A DNA stretch of 55,560 nt, filler included, from Sphacelaria rigidula (lineage: Eukaryota): assembly GCA_964200075.2 (NCBI GenBank). It is 4 parts of 4 records of this genome, joined end to end, with 100 filler letters (N's around TTAATTAATTAA, not from the genome) between each part and the next. Parts side by side here need not be neighbours in the genome. Positions count along the whole stretch, not along the records: positions 41,749 to 55,560 come from CAXNAA020002651.1; 3 more parts are not named here. One strand, given 5' to 3'. The position numbers and the translations under genes were made by a program. This document shows positions 48,491 to 55,560 of the stretch, in pieces. How positions within the stretch are numbered: position 1 is the first letter of the stretch; each line of letters begins with the position of its first letter. Below the pieces are notes generated by a model that was given only the letters and a program-made list of their open reading frames with translations, did no database searches and was not told the DNA's origin.

Positions 48491-49713
48491 ACAGCTAAGA
48501 GATGAACCTCCAGCGCGTGGGCGCGTATCACGTTTCTCCCTTACATTACACAAGCAGTTTCTCGTACCTTATCTCCTTCTTGCCTCGCCGTCTGTGACCA
48601 CCATCTGTGGAGGAGGGGCGGGTTTCATGTCCGTGCTTGTCTCCCTATGCCCCCCGATATGTATGATTTGGAGCACTGCCGACGCGTGCGTTAGTGTGGT
48701 GGGGTCGGCCGCACGCCACGAGCGTTTTATTGGAGACTTGAGTCGAGGGAAAGTAGGCAGTCGGCGGGAAGCAAGCGAGTCGTATTTTGGTTCGTGCGTG
48801 CTTGTGTTTCCCAAGGACTTTTCGTCTGCTACGTACGCAGGTACAAGGAACATTCGTGATGTCTGAATGTTTGTATATGTGTTTTTTTCTTCTCTCCTCG
48901 TATCACACATGAATCCTTTGGGAAGTCGTGAAAAACAGTACAAAGTCCCATATGCGAGCTTTCGTCATCGGGAAATCGTCACTTCGAGTTCGGTGTACGA
49001 ATCTTGTCGCAGTACTATACTCGAACTTAGAGTGGTACACCGTTTTGGTGGGCTGCATTATCAACAACTGTAGAAAAATGAACCCCATCTTGCCCAAGAA
49101 AACGTGTGTTGTAAATTTTCATTCTTGTATCAACGGTTCCAAAAGAGTTAACGTTGACATTATGCTAATGAAGGTGATACGATGATCATTATCCGAACCT
49201 ATATTCGTGGGGGGTGTCGAGGAGTCGCGAGATCAGTTTCACACCTGGCCGAGCTGTGTCACCATCTCAACTGAATCATTCTTATTTTTTGGTATGGCGG
49301 TCACCTGTTTTATTCTGTTGAGTTGAAATAGTGTTTACATCTGGTTCATACATTTTCTCGCCCGGACTCTTGGGGTATATACGGTTGTTGGCCCCGTGAT
49401 ATTTTTCCGAAGAGGTCGAATTCTATCGTTCTTTCTTTTTTCAACTCAAGGACAACACCCCTTTTCTAGAAAAATGTCTCCAACCAACCTTGATTGTCGG
49501 TAACCCGGAATTTTTCGTAATGTGCAGCACCTGTCTGTTTGTAAGCTCCTCGCCCCACTTTCGATGAAAAGCCGGGTTATTCATTTTCCACACGTGGTTC
49601 CAAATGGTGCCCGAAGGATTCGTCCATCTCAGCTTGAGGTTGCTTGACGCTCGAGGAATTTTAACCGAGGGGTGCTCTTCAAAAACGGCGTCTTCTTTTG
49701 GCTGCGAATTCAG

Positions 49714-49791
49714 GAAAAAGAGGACCAGTGGGAGACGCTGGTGGTGGAGAGGGACGCCGCAAAGGCGGAGGCTAATCGCCTCGGAGCTGAG
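49714..49791 (+). CDS. Coiled-coil protein, exon e
   Basis: ttcag|GAA...GAG|gtgtgt, phase 0/0; EKEDQWETLVVERDAAKAEANRLGAE. Confidence 0.75.
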
Positions 49792-50259
49792 GTGTGTGTC
49801 GTGTGTCGTGTCGTTGCTTTGGTCAGTACGTGTGAATGATTGACGATTGATTAAATTATCTGTCATAAGACATTCATTTAACCTTCTGTATTTTGTTTTC
49901 GGTCGTGATCGGTACCGGTCGTTGACGCCGCAAGGATGGAGGGAAGTCAGTCGCCTCGGAGCTGAAGTGTGTCCTGTCGTTGGTTCAGTCTGTACGTGGA
50001 TGTGTCACAGACATCCATTTCATCTTTTTTTTGTCCTCGTATTTTCGGTCGGAACCGGTACTGTTTGGTCGTTGCCTTGACGTGTCTTGTCTTCTTTTTC
50101 TTTTCCGTTCCTTTCGCTTTTCCTGTATGCGTGTTTTGTCGTCCCTCCTTTTTTTGTGTCATGGCTTGCGTTTTTTTGTTGTTGTTCGGTATCGTTTTAC
50201 TCGATGACTGTTTTCCCCCTTTCTCCTTGGCACTTAACGTCGCACGTCACCAACTTAGG

Positions 50260-50331
50260 CCAGGCTAGTACTACGGTGTGGGACCACGTGGTCCTCCACC
50301 GTCGTGGTCCCACACCGTAGTACTAGCCTGG
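50260..50331. repeat. Perfect 29-bp inverted repeat with a 14-nt loop
   Basis: CCAGGCTAGTACTACGGTGTGGGACCACG / CGTGGTCCCACACCGTAGTACTAGCCTGG. Confidence 0.95.
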
Positions 50332-51181
50332 TCCGACGCTCAGTTTGATTTGACTTGACTTTGTAAGGGTTTGGAGTTTGACGAATTTTGTGACGTGTAA
50401 CGTTGAGTTCCCTGTCTTCGATTATTTTCCCCCTTTTTCGAGGTGTAACGGTTGAGGGGTGTGTTGGGTGGGGCGAGCACCAGCGTATTTGCTCCCCCAA
50501 CTTTTGTGTTGCGATGATCCGATCTCCAAACTCTATCCAAAATATTGAGTAAAAGGTAAGTACGATCGCAATACTGTACTCAATATTTAGATATTGATGA
50601 ATGAAATCTAAATGTTTTACCCAATTTTTCAGTGCATGGGTCACTTTTTATGTGTCGAAAAAAAAAGTTAAAGAGCGCCTTTTCGGCCCGAAGGAGTGTG
50701 GAGCGGATGGTGACACCTTGGAATATCTTGCTGTATTCGTTGAGACCGTTCCAGAGTACCTTTGCGTGCTTGGTGGGTCACAGGACAGTTTTGTTTTTGG
50801 CCTAAGCTGGAATTTTCAATATTGAACGGTCGAGATTGATCGAAGAAACAGGAGAAAACTGCCAGTTTTTTTTTCATGACTTCACAGTTTGTTATTGAAA
50901 ATGCAAGCTTGGCCGAAAACAAAACTGCGTCCTCCTGAAAACGCCAAGGTGGCCTGAAATGGTATCAACAAGTAGAAGTGAACATTTCAACGTGTGCACA
51001 TCCGCCCACCCTTTTTCGAGAGAAAAAATGACGGAGAAAGGCCAAAAAAAAGGCACACGCTTGAACGAATTTTCTTGTGTGGGACGCATGATGGCCGTAA
51101 AGGAGGATTTGTCAACATTCCCAAGTGCAGCGCGTACCCTGCAATGGTTGTCTTCAGCGAGTGCTTCCAGTTCACGTTCGT

Positions 51182-51455
51182 AGCCGGTCGCCCCGCCCCG
51201 GTGGCTCAGTTGGTAACCTTGAAACCTTTTGTCGGATGGGTCGTGGCTTCGAATCTCGGTGTAGTCACACGATCTGGGATTTTTTTCTCACACCATGCCC
51301 AACAGTGAAAAGCGACTACGTCGTGGGTGCACAATATTCGACTTCACGGTCGACGAGGGAGAGGACCGCTGAACCCCTCGCGCGATAACAAAATAAAAAG
51401 GCCAGCACCTCATAAGGAAGGTGGAGTACTAAAACAAAATAAAAGAAGAGACAAC
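51182..51455 (+). mobile_element. tRNA-derived SINE, family B (intronic)
   Basis: A box TGGCTCAGTTGG at 51202, B-box-like GCTTCGAATC at ~51246; A-rich end; homologous to 43378-43640. Confidence 0.75.
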
Positions 51456-51732
51456 TGTTGTGTTGCGGCCGTCCTCCTGTGTGGCCCCGGCTGATGCCTC
51501 CACATATACCGCAAGGTGTTGACTGGCGTTCAGAATAGATGGGGTGACGACACGTTCGTTTCAGATATTTATCCCGGGGAAATGAACCGTCTCGTGACCG
51601 TAAATGTATTCCTCGGAGACCAATGATTGTAGTCATGATCAATCCAACAACGAACGGGCCAAAACTGTTTGCGATCTTGTTGATTTCTCCACTTTTTTTT
51701 TGTTGTTGTCCCTGGATAACGCGCTTCGACAG

Positions 51733-51839
51733 AACACAAAGCTGGGTGACGAGCTAGATCGAATGGCCGGTAATAGCTCGGGCAAGAAGGGCTCTAAGAG
51801 CGGACCTTCTACGGCAGAGCTCGAAGCTGCAAACAAATC
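51733..51839 (+). CDS. Coiled-coil protein, exon f
   Basis: gacag|AAC...ATC|gtgagt, phase 0/2; NTKLGDELDRMAGNSSGKKGSKSGPSTAELEAANK. Confidence 0.78.
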
Positions 51840-52025
51840 GTGAGTGCGTCGTTGGCTATCGTCATGATTCGCCCCCTTGCGTGATGTGTGTTGTGGTGGA
51901 TGATGGCTGGGAAAGCGAGGTACACGCGTATAAGGTGTTTGATTCCGAGTCGATATATTCGCTCCTGGATTTTGGCGGGGACCAGGACATGGTGGACGTG
52001 CACCTACCTTGGGTAAATACAAATG

Positions 52026-53135
52026 CAGGCTGGGCCGCCTAAGAAGCAGACTTTCCTTCAGCCGGTCTAACTGGTGATCTATCGCGAGTTGTGTCTACTA
52101 TGACACATGTTGGTAATCTGCAAATCAACGCGCGTCTTTCACTTCACGTAGCACTGCGATATGACGAATTCCCATCAAAGGAAATACTAAACTGCAGTCA
52201 GCTGCGAAGTGTAGAGAGTTGAGGGTGGCATGTGCGGCGGAATTGGGGGGAAAAACGGCTGAAATCGCATTTACGGTTACAACCAGTTGTGCCGCGGCCG
52301 TAAAGTGATGGTGCTGCACCAGTTGTGGTTGTACAGCAAGGCATGTACTGTAGGCTCGTAGTGTCTGAGATGGCACGCAGACGAGACCTCCAGCACGCCA
52401 AGGCGTCGCGCTTGTAGAAAACGTCAAAAATCCGGCTGAGGTTATTGTACTCTGAAAGTAAGTGAACCGGTTCTCGGGCAAAAAAACGCAATTTCACTGC
52501 TCAATTTTAAGTCATCCATGAAATTTTGACACGGTATAAATGGGGTTCATGTGAATCCCCTACCGTTCGCCCCCTCTCTTTTTTTCTATCCTCGTGTGTA
52601 ATTGGTCATATAAATTTCGGAACACTTTTTTCTGGTGCAAAAGAGTCGACAACTCATTGAAAAAAATGTCAAGGGGGGACACTAGGGAGTTCAAAGCATA
52701 TCTCATGCGTATCGTGTCGAAATTTCGTGGAAAATAACTTGAAATTCAACAACATAACTGCGTTTTTTTTTTCGTGGCTGATTCATCTCCACGTAAGAAC
52801 CAGTCTTGGACACGAACACGCGGTTTAACAGCTGAATTCTAGGTCGTTTGCAATGAAATTTTGACGTGATGTACATCATGTATGTTCGAAGACGCCACCT
52901 TTTCCCCTCTCCTTTTTTTTTTTCCACGTGAGATATCGGCGACCAAACATTTCAGAACAGTTTTTCGGAACAAAATCGCGAATAACTTCGAAAAGAAAAA
53001 ATATAGGTGGGAAAAGGTGGCGTCTTGGTACTCAAGTCCTGTACATCTTGTCAGAGTTTCATAGAAAACAACCTGAAACTCAGCTGTTAAATCGCGTGTT
53101 CACATCCCTGTCCGCGTCCTAGGCGACCCAGCCTG
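52026..53135. mobile_element. 1.1-kb non-autonomous TIR element with CAGGCTGG termini
   Basis: CAGGCTGGGCCGCCTAAGA ... TCCTAGGCGACCCAGCCTG|TA (left flank TG); internal inverted and direct repeats at ~52500-53110. Same 8-bp terminus as the element at 20563. Confidence 0.75.
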
Positions 53136-54156
53136 TAGTCTGACTTCAGTACAGTCGCGAGCACAGAAAAGGGACTTTCATAATATTGTTGAAGAGAACA
53201 GTCACCGGTGTTTGCTGGGAAATCACTCTTGATCAGATCAAAATCGAAAGTGGGTGAAGGAAATAATTCAGTAGCTCGTAATACATGAAGACCGCTTCTT
53301 CTGGAGGGGTATGTATTAAGTAAGAATGTATCTCGAATACACTGTCTTGTACTCCAAGCTCAAGTCATTTCGGCTATTGCATAGGATTAAGAGTTCCACA
53401 CTGCAGCCAAGTGATTAGAACCGGCCACACTCAATTCAAGTGGTTGTCCGGACCGTACTAACTTACAAGTCGTTTGACGTCCTGGTACTCTTGAAATTTG
53501 ATCAAACGATGTGTAAGGCTACTACCCTTCGCACCCACATATGTAAATATACCTGTAGATTATTTTCGGTTCTTTACTTGAATATTTGGTAGTCTGGTCT
53601 CAGTAGTGAAACTGGGCGCACGAAAGAGATCGGGTAAGGTGTTTCCAAGAAACTGGATTTTCGTCGAATCCTCTCGAAGTGTAAAGACAAATATTTTTTG
53701 CGGTGTCATCATCCAATCCGCCAAGCGTCGTATCGCGGGGGAAGACGGCGCGTTAGTGCCGATATATGTATATATGAACTTTTTTTTTTCTTCGCCGGGA
53801 CCTTTTCTAACCTCCGGAAGCGAAGTGGCCACATGAAATGAAAGTATTTGGACAATAAAGTGTTGGTGATGGTGATGGTGATATTATGGGGACTGTATTT
53901 GTTGGTTGTTGCAATCCTCCGTTCCCACTTCATCCCTCTTGCTGCCATGACCTGCGTTTTGGCTGTAGCTGCCGTGTAAAACAGTGTAATTTGGATAATG
54001 ACACGTGTAGTGTTGATAGGAATTTGAACCATGCTGATGATGTCTGTTGCGTTTCGTGCACTGTGGGCACAAGCTGTGCATGTCTTGCTTTTATTTTTCT
54101 GACGAATCGGATCATGACTTCTGTCGGATTTTGCTTCTGGATGATGATTTTTCAAG

Positions 54157-54238
54157 GCGGGATGAGGCGGAGAAACGGTTGGCCGCATGTGAGGTGCAGC
54201 TGGCGGAGTTACAGACGGAGCTGAGATCCTCACGAGAG
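54157..54238 (+). CDS. Coiled-coil protein, exon g (probable GC donor)
   Basis: ttcaag|G (phase 2) ... GAG|gcaaga (phase 0); RDEAEKRLAACEVQLAELQTELRSSRE. Confidence 0.72.
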
Positions 54239-54505
54239 GCAAGAGGAATAGAATGCATTGTTCGCTTTTTCATATTCATCACCCGTAATCCATCGTGAAT
54301 GAAATGTCTTGAAATCTTGAAAAAATCTCGGTGAAGTAACTCTGTGAAGAGCTTTTCAATTCAAAACTGGTCGTCGAAACGATGTTGGGGTGGTCTTCTC
54401 CGTCCGCCCCCGAATCGATCGCTATCGTTGTGTAATATTTTGCGCGGGTAGACAGCGCGACCAAGAATACTACTGTACTTTTTTGTGTTCAAATGTCTGA
54501 AACAG

Positions 54506-54597
54506 GAAGTGGCGTCGTTGCAAGATGCGGCGGAAATGAAGTCTGGGGCCATGAGGGAAGCCCTCGCGGCGGCTGACCAGGAGACTGGCACTCTGAG
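54506..54597 (+). CDS. Coiled-coil protein, exon h
   Basis: aacag|GAA...GAG|gtggga, phase 0/2; EVASLQDAAEMKSGAMREALAAADQETGTL. Confidence 0.78.
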
Positions 54598-55221
54598 GTG
54601 GGACAGTACGCGGACGTCGTGCACAGCCCCTCCCCCCTCCCCCTCCCCGTCTGTCATCAGTGTGCTTTGGCCCGAACAACCCTAGCAGGATGCAGCTTAC
54701 CCTTCATGCGACTCGCCCAGTGTAGTGTGCTTACCCTTAGGGGAACTACGTGCTCATTTTGACGACCGTGTTCGTTGCGGTTAGAGTGGTTATTCCATGC
54801 CTCTTGGGCATCGTTCCTGGCTTGTTGAGCTTCTCGGCTGCTCTGCGGACAGACCCCTTCCCCCTCCACCTCGAAATCCACCACCCCCGGCCACCGGAAA
54901 CCGCCGAATGTCTTCGATCTGTCAGCCTCTGGGACTTTTCCAAGGTGATCATCGCTGTCTAAGGGTTAACCTCTTGACTGCGAGCGGCCATTGTGAAACG
55001 GCATCGCCTTCACTTAACAACAGACAAGAGTGATTTCGATTCACAAATGTACCATCATTCGCAGTCATCCGGTATGGAGGACCCCACTAGGATACCGTGT
55101 ATACGATTCTCAGGTCATCAGGTTATGAGGATCTGAAAACTGACCACCTGGAGGTCGATTGAGGTTTTCCTCAAGTTTTTTTTACGTAATTGTTTTTGAT
55201 CGATTTGCTCGATACGTGCAG

Positions 55222-55345
55222 GGCGGAATTGTCAGCATTGAAAGAGTCGAAGGAACCGTCGGTTGTGGGGGAAGCTGATAAGATCGCCACGCTCAGGGCG
55301 CAGCTCGGAGAGATGAAGACGGCCAAGGAAGCCGCCGAAGAGAAG
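55222..55345 (+). CDS. Coiled-coil protein, exon i (gene continues off-window)
   Basis: gcag|G (phase 2) ... AAG|gtgcgc; AELSALKESKEPSVVGEADKIATLRAQLGEMKTAKEAAEEK. Confidence 0.8.
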
Positions 55346-55560
55346 GTGCGCATTTTTTTTTTCGACGTTTTTCTATTGCATCAGTTACTACCCACGAAAT
55401 CATGCTGTAGTGAAAAGTGTTCACGGTTAGGACGAATAATCATGACTACGAATCACCAAATCAACGATTTCTTCGGCCTGATTACCCAAAATTGGAGGAA
55501 AAGTTGACCGCTGGTCCAAGGGGTATCCACGCAATTCTCCCGCCATTCCACGTGTCTGGG

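Noticed and set aside
51195-51270. Functional tRNA gene (also at 43390, 30415 and 2933)
   Set aside because: A/B boxes are present but there is no complete cloverleaf, and most are followed by shared repeat bodies, as expected for SINE heads.

Overview
Eukaryotic, intron-rich and repeat-rich DNA. It is most likely from a brown alga or related stramenopile; this is an inference from intron style, RTE-like LINE and Copia content, and an IQCH-like gene. The window is not one locus. It holds four contigs (1-13818, 13919-27734, 27835-41648, 41749-55560; lengths 13818, 13816, 13814, 13812) joined by an artificial N44-TTAATTAATTAA-N44 linker. Contig 1 is almost all mobile DNA: tRNA-derived SINEs, MITEs, a possible CRE-like remnant and a decayed, near full-length RTE-like LINE. 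Contig 2 has the last three exons of an HDAC11/class IV-like histone deacetylase (+). Its 6.5-kb last intron holds a Copia element with nested insertions and a second, degenerate MGGGY exon. The last exon of a mitochondrial carrier (-) converges on this gene. Contig 3 has the 5' part of an RTE-like LINE, an IQCH-like gene (-) and a 1.16-kb TIR element with a perfect 8-bp TSD. Contig 4 has nine phase-consistent exons of a coiled-coil protein gene (+), including a probable GC-AG intron. The most interesting unexplained signal is an ~80-bp module present about 11 times across all four contigs. It lacks TIRs, is flanked by poly-C, carries a conserved hairpin, ends in ATGAGTACRCCCC, and is shared by short (~80 bp) and long (~290 bp) elements. 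I found no prokaryotic-type system and no CRISPR array.
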